Positions 1 through 7,895 of a stretch of 52,691 nucleotides of DNA are shown piece by piece. The notes beneath the pieces are model-generated. The model saw only the letters and a list, made by a program, of their open reading frames with translations, had not been told where the DNA came from and did not search any database. A program made the position numbers and the translations under genes. The stretch lies in the IMG/VR virus record IMGVR_UViG_3300012920_000056, positions 1 to 52,691 of that record; one strand, written 5' to 3'. The stretch comes from a virus. Its lineage: Duplodnaviria > Caudoviricetes. Each line of letters starts with the position of its first letter. Position 1 is the stretch's first letter.

Positions 1-30
1 AACACACAACAAAGTAACCGCTTATATATC

Positions 31-234
31 ATGAAAGAAGAATTATACTCAATTAAAACCGCCATTGACGGACTCAGCGATGAGATACTAGAACATCGCA
101 GACACGCAAACATGGAGGATCTCATCAAGGTAATGAAGGGCATTAACGACAATCTTGTTGCAATTAGTTTTGACTTAAAAGATTTAGTTGAACAAAAAAA
201 GTTTGAAAATGAGTTGACAACAGCTCTCAGATAG
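31..234 (+). CDS. hypothetical phage protein (67 aa)
   Basis: ORF track; first of a tightly packed + strand run of small ORFs. Confidence 0.7.
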   Translation: MKEELYSIKTAIDGLSDEILEHRRHANMEDLIKVMKGINDNLVAISFDLKDLVEQKKFENELTTALR

Positions 235-248
235 TTTAGTTTTATATT
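214..248 (+). promoter_or_regulatory. sigma70-type promoter, leaderless configuration
   Basis: TTGACA 214-219, 17 bp, TAGTTT 237-242, ATG at 249. Confidence 0.75.
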
Positions 249-425
249 ATGCAAGAAACAATAGATATCACACCAACATGGTCAGCACTCGTTCCTGTTA
301 TGGTCGAGGTGTTGAAAAGCCCAACGGCAAACAGCACAGCTAAAGCTGAAGTAACTCAAGAATTACTTCGCCTTGCAAAGATTGTAGACGACCAAAACGA
401 AAGGGCAAAAAATGACACAAAGTGA
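249..425 (+). CDS. hypothetical protein (58 aa, MQETIDITPTWSALVPVMVEVLK...), below ORF-track cutoff
   Basis: Translated by hand; ATG 6 nt after -10 box; fills the gap between neighbours. Confidence 0.75.
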   Translation: MQETIDITPTWSALVPVMVEVLKSPTANSTAKAEVTQELLRLAKIVDDQNERAKNDTK

Positions 426-636
426 AATTAGGGCAATGATATTGAATCTAGTTAAAGGTAATCTTCGTTGGTGCGATCCAAGCGATCCCATCAATCTCAA
501 GAAAGCTGAAGACTTGGGTATTGATTACTTCACTACTCAATCAGCTGAAGAAGTTTTAGATGATATCATTACAGACTTGACAAGTTTACAAGATGAGCTT
601 AGGATAGAATCATCTTTTCAATCAGCACAACTATAA
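412..636 (+). CDS. hypothetical phage protein (74 aa)
   Basis: ORF track; overlaps end of upstream gene. Confidence 0.7.
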   Translation: MTQSEIRAMILNLVKGNLRWCDPSDPINLKKAEDLGIDYFTTQSAEEVLDDIITDLTSLQDELRIESSFQSAQL

Positions 637-656
637 CACACAACACAAGGAAAATT

Positions 657-872
657 ATGTCAGCAGTATTAGACACACCCGAACAAATCGAAATGTTTCG
701 CTACAAAACTCTTCTCAGAGGTTTAAGGCTTGAGACGCAAGGACTACAAATGAGTCGAGGCAGATCTTGCTACTCCATTATCAAACAAGAGTTTGGTCTC
801 AAAGGTAGCAAACAAAAAGTTTTCGATCAATTTAAACTTATGTTAGAACAAGTAGACGAGAGGGCACTATAA
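657..872 (+). CDS. hypothetical phage protein (71 aa)
   Basis: ORF track; SD-like AAGGA upstream. Confidence 0.75.
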   Translation: MSAVLDTPEQIEMFRYKTLLRGLRLETQGLQMSRGRSCYSIIKQEFGLKGSKQKVFDQFKLMLEQVDERAL

Positions 873-1144
873 TGACAAAAAGAGAAGTACATAACAGAGT
901 CGAGGGTTGGAATTGGAATCTCAGTATCTTTGAGATTTACGACGAACTTCGTGACGGACATACGGCAGAAGAGCAAGAGCAACTTTTAACTTATGCCTAT
1001 AATTATTTCAACGAAGATAAAATGATAAATGAGCTTGCGTCTTTCTTTGGAATCTATAACATAGAAGACAATGAATACGAGAAGTATGAAGAGCCTATTA
1101 CAATGGGAGATAAAAAATTAGAGGAGATGTTAAACAATGAATAA
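872..1144 (+). CDS. hypothetical acidic protein (90 aa)
   Basis: ORF track; TAATG stop/start coupling. Confidence 0.75.
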   Translation: MTKREVHNRVEGWNWNLSIFEIYDELRDGHTAEEQEQLLTYAYNYFNEDKMINELASFFGIYNIEDNEYEKYEEPITMGDKKLEEMLNNE

Positions 1145-1391
1145 TTACATAGAAGCAACCTGCATCGGCAGTCCACTAGGTTTACCTGAATACAACGAAG
1201 CGATTGAGCAATGGGAATTGTTCTTTGAAGAAAACCACGACGAGTGGAACCCATATTTCGAAAGAGATATTCTTTCTGTAAGTTTCGAGTCAGTCGAAGA
1301 AGTCACTGACGCTTACAATCACTACAATCTAAACCCCGTAATGGAGGAAAAAAAAGATGAAGTTAATCAAGAAGATACTGCGTTGGTTTAA
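1137..1391 (+). CDS. hypothetical acidic protein (84 aa)
   Basis: ORF track; overlaps upstream gene; about 21 D/E vs 3 K/R. Confidence 0.7.
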   Translation: MNNYIEATCIGSPLGLPEYNEAIEQWELFFEENHDEWNPYFERDILSVSFESVEEVTDAYNHYNLNPVMEEKKDEVNQEDTALV

Positions 1392-1587
1392 TCCTGTCTA
1401 TCAAGTAGTTTACAAAACTGTAGACGGAAGAACCGAAATGTACACCATATCAAAACCAAAACATAAAAACGAATTTGGCAACATGCGAGAAGGTCTCGCA
1501 ATCGCTGGCTTTCGTGCTCACTGTTATAATCGTCAAGGCGTCCGCTCCTTTCGTTACGACAGAATCATTTCACTTATAAAAGCATAA
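1357..1587 (+). CDS. small WYL-domain-like protein
   Basis: C-terminal AHCYNRQGVRSFRYDRI matches the WYL signature A-x-C-x2-R-x3-R-x-F-R-x-D-R-I; GGAGG upstream. Confidence 0.6.
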   Translation: MKLIKKILRWFNPVYQVVYKTVDGRTEMYTISKPKHKNEFGNMREGLAIAGFRAHCYNRQGVRSFRYDRIISLIKA

Positions 1588-1591
1588 AATT

Positions 1592-1804
1592 ATGACTGCA
1601 TCATCTCAATTAGTAAAAAAATTAACCGACAAAGAAATGAATGAAGCTAAGTTAAAAAATTGGCTTTCTTCTCAAGTTCGAAGCGAGGGATATGATCTTG
1701 CGGTGCGTGAATTGTACGGGGAGAATTCAAAAGATTATTTTGAGAAAAGGAGAGCTCATAACAAAACGCTTTTCCAATTATACCGTATCGAAAAGAAAAT
1801 TTAG
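1592..1804 (+). CDS. hypothetical phage protein (70 aa)
   Basis: ORF track; followed by terminator. Confidence 0.7.
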   Translation: MTASSQLVKKLTDKEMNEAKLKNWLSSQVRSEGYDLAVRELYGENSKDYFEKRRAHNKTLFQLYRIEKKI

Positions 1805-1825
1805 TTTGTTATTGTTGACTGACGG

Positions 1826-1864
1826 ACCCCGCCCCTTTTGAGCTATGAGGGGTGGGGTTTTTTT
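1826..1864 (+). terminator. Rho-independent terminator
   Basis: ACCCCGCCCCT...AGGGGTGGGGT stem followed by T run. Confidence 0.8.
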
Positions 1865-1865
1865 G

Positions 1866-1943
1866 TAACTTAATGTATATCAGCAACTTACGCCAAACCG
1901 CGCGGAGCCGCCGTGCCATAAACCTTTGATAGTTAACGACTTA
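1866..1943. repeat. 78-bp double-palindrome element, copy 1
   Basis: Arms 1866-1890 and 1919-1943; 28-bp spacer with AAACCGCGCGG. Confidence 0.9.
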
Positions 1944-2008
1944 CAGGAAAATGCAATTTAATTCATTTTTTTCTTGTATTAAGTTGTTTTTTATGCGATA
2001 GTATATAT

Positions 2009-2125
2009 ATGAAAACGAGAGAGATAAAGATCAGAAAAACAATCCTCTTCACCAAGTCAAGACCTCACAAAGTCAAAAACAAGGTGATCCACAGAAAACT
2101 CAAACACAAGGAACAATTAGTATGA
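2009..2125 (+). CDS. small basic peptide (38 aa, MKTREIKIRKTILFTKSRPHKVKNKVIHRKLKHKEQLV)
   Basis: Hand translation; TTGTAT-17-GATAGT-6-ATG promoter; ATGA overlap with next gene. Confidence 0.7.
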   Translation: MKTREIKIRKTILFTKSRPHKVKNKVIHRKLKHKEQLV

Positions 2126-2361
2126 ACATCAATCCTGAATTCGATTCTAACGAAAGACCAAATGTTGAAATGGTAGTCGAGGACGCAATGGGCTATTTAT
2201 TCAATACATTTATCAAACCCCGCGAGGCTGAACTTAACGAAGATGATCTCACATCTGTTGCTATGATTGGCATTATGTTTAAAGACATTGCCGAGAAAGC
2301 CGAGGCATATTATCAAATGCAAGAAAAAGGTTATGAAAAAAACCCTAATTCTTTAAATTAA
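2122..2361 (+). CDS. hypothetical phage protein (79 aa)
   Basis: ORF track; translational coupling to upstream peptide. Confidence 0.75.
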   Translation: MNINPEFDSNERPNVEMVVEDAMGYLFNTFIKPREAELNEDDLTSVAMIGIMFKDIAEKAEAYYQMQEKGYEKNPNSLN

Positions 2362-2399
2362 GTATTGACAAAAAACATTACATCTATATTATAAAAGCT

Positions 2400-3266
2400 A
2401 TGAATAACGAAGAAAACACACAAACCACATCACCTAAAGTCAACCTTCACATTTGCGGAGGTAATCGTTCACTTGTCGATTTCGAGCAAGTTGTTGGAGT
2501 TCCTACTCCACCTGTCGAGTATCGCAAGAAAGAAAACAAAAATGGCGAGCGAGCCGTTTCTTATCAACCAATCGCTCATCATGAGGTAGTTAATCGCACT
2601 AAGAATTTCCTCGATCAAAATGGTTTCACCATTCAAGATGAGGTGCATTCCCTTGCTAGGGCAAACCAACATTACTTTGGTTTATTTGCTGTTGATCATC
2701 CTAATCGTGAAGCGTCAGATCGTGGTTGCGTTGTGGGTATCCGCAATTCTCACGACAAAACATTTCCTGCAGGTCTTTGTGCAGGTGACGCTCCCTTTGT
2801 TTGCGACAACTTGATCTTTACTAATACGATCAAACTCGCTCGCAGACATACTCGCAACATTTTGCAAGATCTCAATTTCACCATCAATCGTGCAATTGGT
2901 AAATTGTTCAACTTTTGGCATGGTCAAGATGCTCGTATCAATGCCTACAAGGAAGTTGAGGTAACCAACGCTCAAGTTAATGATATTGTAATTCGTGCCT
3001 GTAAGGCAGGTGCTTTGCCTAAGTCAAAAATTATTGATGTTGTCGATCAATGGGAATCATCTGATCACACTGAATTTTGGGACAGAAATGTAAACTCTCT
3101 TTACAATGCTTTCACTGAAATTTACAAAGGTAATTTAGTTGCCTTGCCAAATCGTTCTGACGCATTGCATTCAGTTTTAGATTCCGAAGTTAACTTCGAT
3201 ATATCTAATCATGTTGAAAATGTGATCGAAACTGAAGTAATCGAAAACGAATTAGTTACCGCTTAA
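2400..3266 (+). CDS. DUF932-family phage/plasmid protein
   Basis: Motifs YQPIAH, GIRNSHD, FVCDNL, RRHT typical of DUF932; TTGACA promoter at 2365. Confidence 0.75.
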   Translation: MNNEENTQTTSPKVNLHICGGNRSLVDFEQVVGVPTPPVEYRKKENKNGERAVSYQPIAHHEVVNRTKNFLDQNGFTIQDEVHSLARANQHYFGLFAVDHPNREASDRGCVVGIRNSHDKTFPAGLCAGDAPFVCDNLIFTNTIKLARRHTRNILQDLNFTINRAIGKLFNFWHGQDARINAYKEVEVTNAQVNDIVIRACKAGALPKSKIIDVVDQWESSDHTEFWDRNVNSLYNAFTEIYKGNLVALPNRSDALHSVLDSEVNFDISNHVENVIETEVIENELVTA

Positions 3267-3289
3267 ATACGGGTTGTTGTTTGTTGTTA

Positions 3290-3316
3290 GCCCCCCTCAT
3301 TTGAGGGGGGTTTTTT
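3290..3316 (+). terminator. Rho-independent terminator
   Basis: CCCCCCTCA-tt-TGAGGGGGG followed by T6. Confidence 0.85.
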
Positions 3317-3335
3317 ATTGCCTCAAAAAATTTTG

Positions 3336-3413
3336 TAAGTTACTGATTATCAACGACTTATGGAAAACCGCGCGGGCGCGCTGTGCTGTAAGTGCTTGCT
3401 ATTCAATGACTTG
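3336..3413. repeat. 78-bp double-palindrome element, copy 2
   Basis: TAAGTTACTGATTATCAACGACTTA - 28 bp - TAAGTGCTTGCTATTCAATGACTTG. Confidence 0.95.
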
Positions 3414-3478
3414 CAACAAAATGAAATTTAATTCACTTTTTTCTTGCGTTCAGTAGTCTTTTTTGCGATAGTATAAGC

Positions 3479-3670
3479 ATGAAACGAATAATTGAAATCT
3501 TAATGACCCGCGACGGACTTTCCCGTGAAGAGGCGGAGGATCAAGTTACTGCATTTAATTCTGAAATGTGGATGGATGTTGGACAAGGCGGAAGCCTTTT
3601 TGAATGGGAAGATGCTTTCTCAAGTGAGTTCGGATTGGAGCCTGATTTTTTCGAAGATTTAGTGCTTTAA
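3479..3670 (+). CDS. hypothetical acidic protein (63 aa)
   Basis: ORF track; TTGCGT-17-GATAGT-6-ATG promoter. Confidence 0.8.
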   Translation: MKRIIEILMTRDGLSREEAEDQVTAFNSEMWMDVGQGGSLFEWEDAFSSEFGLEPDFFEDLVL

Positions 3671-3708
3671 TGCTTGCAATTGCATAAAAATTTGTTTAGT
3701 TTTATATC

Positions 3709-4434
3709 ATGAATCTATTATCAAACCCATCTAAAATGCCTTGCTTAGGCTTCAACATTCCCGCTTTCAAGTATTGCCCAGCCGCTCAACTTATGGCAAA
3801 AGTCAAAGACAAAGCAAAAAAGTTTATTTGTGATGCTTGCTATGCTTGCAAAGGTTTTTATATGTTTGCCAATGTCAAACAAAGCTTACAAGACAAGGCA
3901 AATTTTGTAACAAAGTCTTTACATCAAGACAACGGGCAATCTTTTGTAGATGAGATATCCAAGCAAATTAAGACAAAGTATTTCGACAAGCAAGGTAACA
4001 AAAAAGTTTTAAAGAATGTCAACACAGATCTTTTTCGCGTTCATGATTCAGGAGATCTTTTTTCCCCTAAGTATATTGAAGCGTGGATTAAGATTTGCCA
4101 AAACTTTCCAACTATTCGCTTTTGGTTTCCAACTCGTGAGTGGGCAAGGGATAGTCAATTGCCTTCACTTCGCAAGCTTGCAAGTTTAAAGAATGTTTGC
4201 TTAAAACCAAGTGCTTTATATGTAGATGAAAAAGCTCCCAAGATCGATGGATTAGATGCGGGAACTTCCGTCTATAGCTCAAAAGAGAAAGCCGAGCAAG
4301 ACGGGCATTTTGTTTGCCCCGCAACTTATGTTAAGGATGAAAACGGCAAGATTTTAGCGACTTGTAACGCTCATAATTGCAACTTATGTTTTATCAAAGG
4401 ATGCAAAAAAGGTATTGCATATTTAGCCCACTAA
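3709..4434 (+). CDS. GP88-like (gene product 88) Cys-rich, putative Fe-S protein
   Basis: SKMP, CP...CDACYA.KG.Y, FRVHDSGD and C-terminal Cys cluster; TTGCAA-17-TAGTTT-6-ATG promoter. Confidence 0.7.
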   Translation: MNLLSNPSKMPCLGFNIPAFKYCPAAQLMAKVKDKAKKFICDACYACKGFYMFANVKQSLQDKANFVTKSLHQDNGQSFVDEISKQIKTKYFDKQGNKKVLKNVNTDLFRVHDSGDLFSPKYIEAWIKICQNFPTIRFWFPTREWARDSQLPSLRKLASLKNVCLKPSALYVDEKAPKIDGLDAGTSVYSSKEKAEQDGHFVCPATYVKDENGKILATCNAHNCNLCFIKGCKKGIAYLAH

Positions 4435-4449
4435 TGCTACATTAAAATT

Positions 4450-4620
4450 ATGGATTATTACGACTCAGCCGAAGAAATTACTATTACTCAAGATCGTGCC
4501 TTGCAAGAATTAGCAAAACACGGAATCACTTCTAATGAAGAGATTTTAGAATTTTTTGCCGATGTAGGCGAGCAAGAAGAGTATGATGCACAAAAAGTTT
4601 TGGTTTGGTTAGGATACTAG
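4450..4620 (+). CDS. hypothetical acidic protein (56 aa, MDYYDSAEEITITQDRAL...WLGY)
   Basis: Hand translation; TTGCAT-17-TACATT-6-ATG promoter. Confidence 0.75.
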   Translation: MDYYDSAEEITITQDRALQELAKHGITSNEEILEFFADVGEQEEYDAQKVLVWLGY

Positions 4621-4710
4621 CTTTAAACTCAAAATAGCAAATAGAAACTTGCCAAATACCCCCGTCCTCCAGGGGGGCTTGGCGTTTACAGCAAAAGCTC
4701 AAAAATTCCA

Positions 4711-4788
4711 TAAGTTACTGATTATCAACGACTTATGGAAAACCGCGCGGGCGCGCTGTGCTGTAAGTGCCTGATATTCAACAGGTTA
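4711..4788. repeat. 78-bp double-palindrome element, copy 3
   Basis: Left arm and spacer identical to copy 2; right arm 4764-4788. Confidence 0.95.
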
Positions 4789-4855
4789 CAACAAAGTGAA
4801 AAAAAGTTCACTTTTTTCTTGCGTTAACTGACAAAAAGTTTTAATGTGTTTATAT

Positions 4856-5251
4856 ATGATTAACTACTACATACCAAACTCAATTTCACAATTCAATCCA
4901 AAACCTTCTATGCTAGATTTTGACGATCTAGATTTTCAACCACATCGTGGTGCTGATGATGCAGTCCAAGCAAGACTTGACTTTGGCAACGGGCTAGAAA
5001 TTTCTGTTGTTGCAGGTAATGACGATAGAAGAGGATTATATGGTAGTGTGAAAGAAGATTTATACGAAGTTGCAATCTTTGATAAAAACGGCATGATTCC
5101 ACTTTCTCCTTCTGACGATGTTGTCGGATGGCAATCTCCTGCTCAAGTATCTATCCTAATGGCAAAAGCTCAATCTGAAGGAAGTGTTTGGGTTGACGAG
5201 CTAATCGAAGACAAAGCAGAATTTAGAAGAGAATTAGGGCTTGACTACTAA
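4856..5251 (+). CDS. hypothetical phage protein (start re-called at MINYY)
   Basis: ORF track 4844..5251; promoter TTGCGT 4819 favours ATG 4856. Confidence 0.7.
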   Translation: MINYYIPNSISQFNPKPSMLDFDDLDFQPHRGADDAVQARLDFGNGLEISVVAGNDDRRGLYGSVKEDLYEVAIFDKNGMIPLSPSDDVVGWQSPAQVSILMAKAQSEGSVWVDELIEDKAEFRRELGLDY

Positions 5252-5275
5252 AACAAATTAAACTACATTACTATT

Positions 5276-5539
5276 ATGACAGAAGAACAAAGACTCGCAA
5301 TTATCGCTAACGCACATCGTGAATCCAAAGGTTTGCCAACTGATTCCTCAGTATTGGAATTAATTGCAGATTTACAAGCTGAACAATTAGTTGTTGAGCA
5401 TGGATTGCAAGATGTAGATCAAGATGACATCTCGGACGAAAAACAATTCCTTCTTACTGATGTTGCCGAAGACATTGACGAAGAAGATCAAGACATTGGA
5501 GTATCTGATGAAATGAAAGGAGTTTATTATGATAATTGA
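5276..5539 (+). CDS. highly acidic small protein (87 aa)
   Basis: ORF track; 25 D/E vs 5 K/R; TTGACT-17-TACATT-6-ATG promoter. Confidence 0.8.
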   Translation: MTEEQRLAIIANAHRESKGLPTDSSVLELIADLQAEQLVVEHGLQDVDQDDISDEKQFLLTDVAEDIDEEDQDIGVSDEMKGVYYDN

Positions 5540-5616
5540 GTTGTTAATGTTCTCGCCTTGGGTATTTGTATTTTATATGATATGGGCAGGATGAGATAGG
5601 TATTGCCCAAATACTT

Positions 5617-5639
5617 AGCCCCCGAAAGGGGGCTTTTTT
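5617..5639 (+). terminator. Rho-independent terminator
   Basis: AGCCCCC-GAAA-GGGGGCT followed by T run. Confidence 0.9.
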
Positions 5640-5660
5640 GTGCTTGTGCAAGCAGTTATG

Positions 5661-5738
5661 TAAGCCATTGATTATTAACGATTTACAGCACAAACCGCGC
5701 GGGCTGCCTGCTGTAAACCTTTGATAGTTAACGACTTA
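5661..5738. repeat. 78-bp double-palindrome element, copy 4
   Basis: Arms 5661-5685 and 5714-5738; right arm identical to that of copy 1. Confidence 0.95.
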
Positions 5739-5793
5739 CAACAAAAGTAAGAAAAAGTTTGACATTGCCTGAAAATTCGTTCATATTGTACTT

Positions 5794-6000
5794 ATGAATC
5801 ACTCAGGAAACTCCATAAAAAAAGTATTAAAGCAACTACGGAAATGCGTTGACATTTCCGAGATCAAACAAACTGCAAAAGGTTACATGATTTGTGCCAA
5901 GAATGGCGAGCAAAATCTCATTCATCATGGCTCGAATTGTTACCACCCTTTACGCAGGTGGTTAAAGAAGAATACTTCTTTAAAGAATTTAACTTTTTAG
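5794..6000 (+). CDS. small basic hypothetical protein (68 aa)
   Basis: ORF track; TTGACA-17-CATATT-6-ATG promoter. Confidence 0.8.
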   Translation: MNHSGNSIKKVLKQLRKCVDISEIKQTAKGYMICAKNGEQNLIHHGSNCYHPLRRWLKKNTSLKNLTF

Positions 6001-6036
6001 CTTGCAATTATTTTAAATTTAGTTTAGTTTACTATT

Positions 6037-6222
6037 ATGACAGCAATTAAAAAACTACTCAACAGAATCGACGAATTACAACAAATCATTGATCTTGAAA
6101 GTGACTCAGCTAATGCAGGAGATAATCGCTCAAGAGCATTGGTTATATATGCAGAAAATGAAAAGGATGAGGTGCAAGATCGCATTGATGCTCTCGCTCT
6201 TTGGTATGCAATTTCTAGATAA
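6037..6222 (+). CDS. hypothetical protein (61 aa)
   Basis: ORF track; TTGCAA-17-TAGTTT-6-ATG promoter. Confidence 0.8.
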   Translation: MTAIKKLLNRIDELQQIIDLESDSANAGDNRSRALVIYAENEKDEVQDRIDALALWYAISR

Positions 6223-6235
6223 GAAAGGAAAAATT

Positions 6236-6463
6236 ATGACAGATACAACATACAACGGATGGAAGAACTGGGCAACTTGGAATGTCGCCCTTTGGCTAGG
6301 AAATGACGAATATCTTTACAAGCTTTCCCGCAGGTTTGTAAACTACAAGGATTTTGCAAATGAGCTTGAAGAAATGGGAACGCTCACCACCCCTGACGGG
6401 GCGAGTTACAAGGATGACGATCTTGATACTTACGCACTTGACGAGTGGCTTATGGACGAATAG
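6236..6463 (+). CDS. phage hypothetical protein with YNGWxNxxTWNVALW motif (start re-called at MTDTT)
   Basis: ORF track 6089..6463; AAGGA SD before ATG 6236. Confidence 0.75.
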   Translation: MTDTTYNGWKNWATWNVALWLGNDEYLYKLSRRFVNYKDFANELEEMGTLTTPDGASYKDDDLDTYALDEWLMDE

Positions 6464-6467
6464 TCCA

Positions 6468-6545
6468 TAAGTTACTTATAATCAACAAGTTACAGCACAG
6501 CTCGCGGGGTCGCCGTGCCATAAGTGTCTGATATTCAACGATTTG
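6468..6545. repeat. 78-bp double-palindrome element, copy 5
   Basis: Arms 6468-6492 and 6521-6545; 28-bp GC-rich spacer. Confidence 0.9.
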
Positions 6546-6611
6546 CCACAAAATTAAAAAAACATTAAAAAAAAGCTTGCAATTAGTTTTTTTCTTTGCT
6601 AGATTACTATC

Positions 6612-6800
6612 ATGACTAAAACAGAAATGCTTAACGAAATCGCCAATCTTCACAAAGCTTTAAAAAGCTCTGCTGACCTCACGCCTGGAGATCGCATTGC
6701 GATCCGCAACGAGATTGGTCGCCTTGAGGACGAGGTCAATCTGCTCGACTTTCAGGAGCAACCCGACATTGACTGGGGCTTTCACTCCCAATGGGAGTGA
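6612..6800 (+). CDS. hypothetical protein (62 aa), last + strand early gene
   Basis: ORF track; TTGCAA-17-TAGATT-6-ATG promoter. Confidence 0.8.
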   Translation: MTKTEMLNEIANLHKALKSSADLTPGDRIAIRNEIGRLEDEVNLLDFQEQPDIDWGFHSQWE

Positions 6801-6802
6801 CT

Positions 6803-6880
6803 TAAAGTCCTGATTATCAGCGACTTACAGCAAAGTCGCCCCGCGCGGTTTGCCATAAACCCTTGATATTCAAGGATTTA
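6803..6880. repeat. 78-bp double-palindrome element, copy 6 (spacer inverted)
   Basis: Arms 6803-6827 and 6856-6880; spacer contains CCGCGCGGTTT, the reverse complement of the usual core. Confidence 0.95.
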
Positions 6881-6899
6881 TAGAAACCATTTTTAAGTG

Positions 6900-7208
6900 T
6901 TAAAAAACGAGAAGATCAGGCAACTTTGTGTTGCTTGCGAACCAATCGGATGAGTCAATTTCTTCCCCGTTTAACACAGGCTCGAATTTGAATTGGCAAA
7001 CCCCTGCGTTGGCTATGCCGTTGACGCGTTCGCGTGTGGTGGGCGTATTCCATCCCGCAAGCGACCATCTGACAAGTCCGTCAGGATCACGCTTGACAAT
7101 TGCGTTGCCATGCAACCAAACGGTTTGCCCGTCTGTCTCGGTATTGCCTACTTTTAAAGATCTGCCTTCCTCAAAGGCTTTTTTGATTTGTGCTGTGACT
7201 TTTCTCAT
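6900..7208 (-). CDS. phage hypothetical protein (102 aa)
   Basis: ORF track; LHGNAI and GWNTPTTRERVN motifs; ATGA coupling with upstream gene. Confidence 0.8.
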   Translation of the reverse strand: MRKVTAQIKKAFEEGRSLKVGNTETDGQTVWLHGNAIVKRDPDGLVRWSLAGWNTPTTRERVNGIANAGVCQFKFEPVLNGEEIDSSDWFASNTKLPDLLVF

Positions 7209-7381
7209 ATTTCTTCGGTGTTGATGATTAAAACCTTGTTGCCTTGTTTACTTTGTTCTTTTTTAAGCTCTTTTGCTATTTGCATGGCTTGGGCTTGTGA
7301 TTTTGCGTTATCTACGAGTTTCCCAAAAAAGCGAATGTCGAACCAATTCGAGAAGTTGATGTTTTTTCCTATTGTGATCAT
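7205..7381 (-). CDS. hypothetical protein (58 aa, MITIGKNINFSNWFDIRFFGKLVDNAK...)
   Basis: Hand translation; TTGCAA-17-TAGTTT-8-ATG promoter on - strand. Confidence 0.75.
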   Translation of the reverse strand: MITIGKNINFSNWFDIRFFGKLVDNAKSQAQAMQIAKELKKEQSKQGNKVLIINTEEI

Positions 7382-7420
7382 ATAACTATAAACTAAAAGA
7401 TTTTTTGTTGAATTGCAAAC

Positions 7421-7609
7421 TTATTTTGCAAAAAGTGGATGAATTTTGACATCCTCAAAACGAATGCCAACTTTACGATTTGTGCGGTATGGGCGAACCA
7501 TTGCGATAGTGCCGAGGTCTTCATGCTCGGTAGCTTGGATGAACTGAAAGATTTTGCCATCCCTTGAGAGGAGAACATCACCTTTTTTGAATTTTGTTGT
7601 CTTTGTCAT
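7421..7609 (-). CDS. hypothetical protein (62 aa, start re-called at MTKTTKFKKGD)
   Basis: ORF track 7421..7780; TTGCAA-17-TAGAGT-8-ATG promoter. Confidence 0.75.
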   Translation of the reverse strand: MTKTTKFKKGDVLLSRDGKIFQFIQATEHEDLGTIAMVRPYRTNRKVGIRFEDVKIHPLFAK

Positions 7610-7664
7610 ATAAGTATACTCTAAGAAATTTTTTGTCGAATTGCAAGCAAAAAGCGATTTATTT

Positions 7665-7844
7665 TCAATTATTTTTGTGCGTGAATTCGGCTTGGGCTTT
7701 CCAATGATCCAACCAAGCTTGATTTTCTGCCAAAAGATTTTTGGCAATCTGAACCATAACAGCGTCGCTGTCGTGGGCAATGGTTTCCCGTAGGATCACC
7801 ATTTCGGCTTTAACTTTTGAGAGGAGTCTTACTGAATTTTCCAT
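7665..7844 (-). CDS. hypothetical protein (59 aa, MENSVRLLSKVKAEM...)
   Basis: Hand translation; TTGCAA-16-TAGTTT-6-ATG promoter. Confidence 0.75.
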   Translation of the reverse strand: MENSVRLLSKVKAEMVILRETIAHDSDAVMVQIAKNLLAENQAWLDHWKAQAEFTHKNN

Positions 7845-7895
7845 AATTATAAACTAGCAGCTTAAAGGTTTTATTGCAAGAAAAAAGTTTGCGAA

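Noticed and set aside
3336-3360. Arm core TGAT-N-ATCA as an FNR/CRP box
   Set aside because: FNR needs TTGAT-N4-ATCAA; here the half-sites are 1 bp apart and extended by TAAGT/ACTTA.
5794-6000. HicA-like mRNase call
   Set aside because: Size and basicity fit, but the GSH motif is absent; left as hypothetical.
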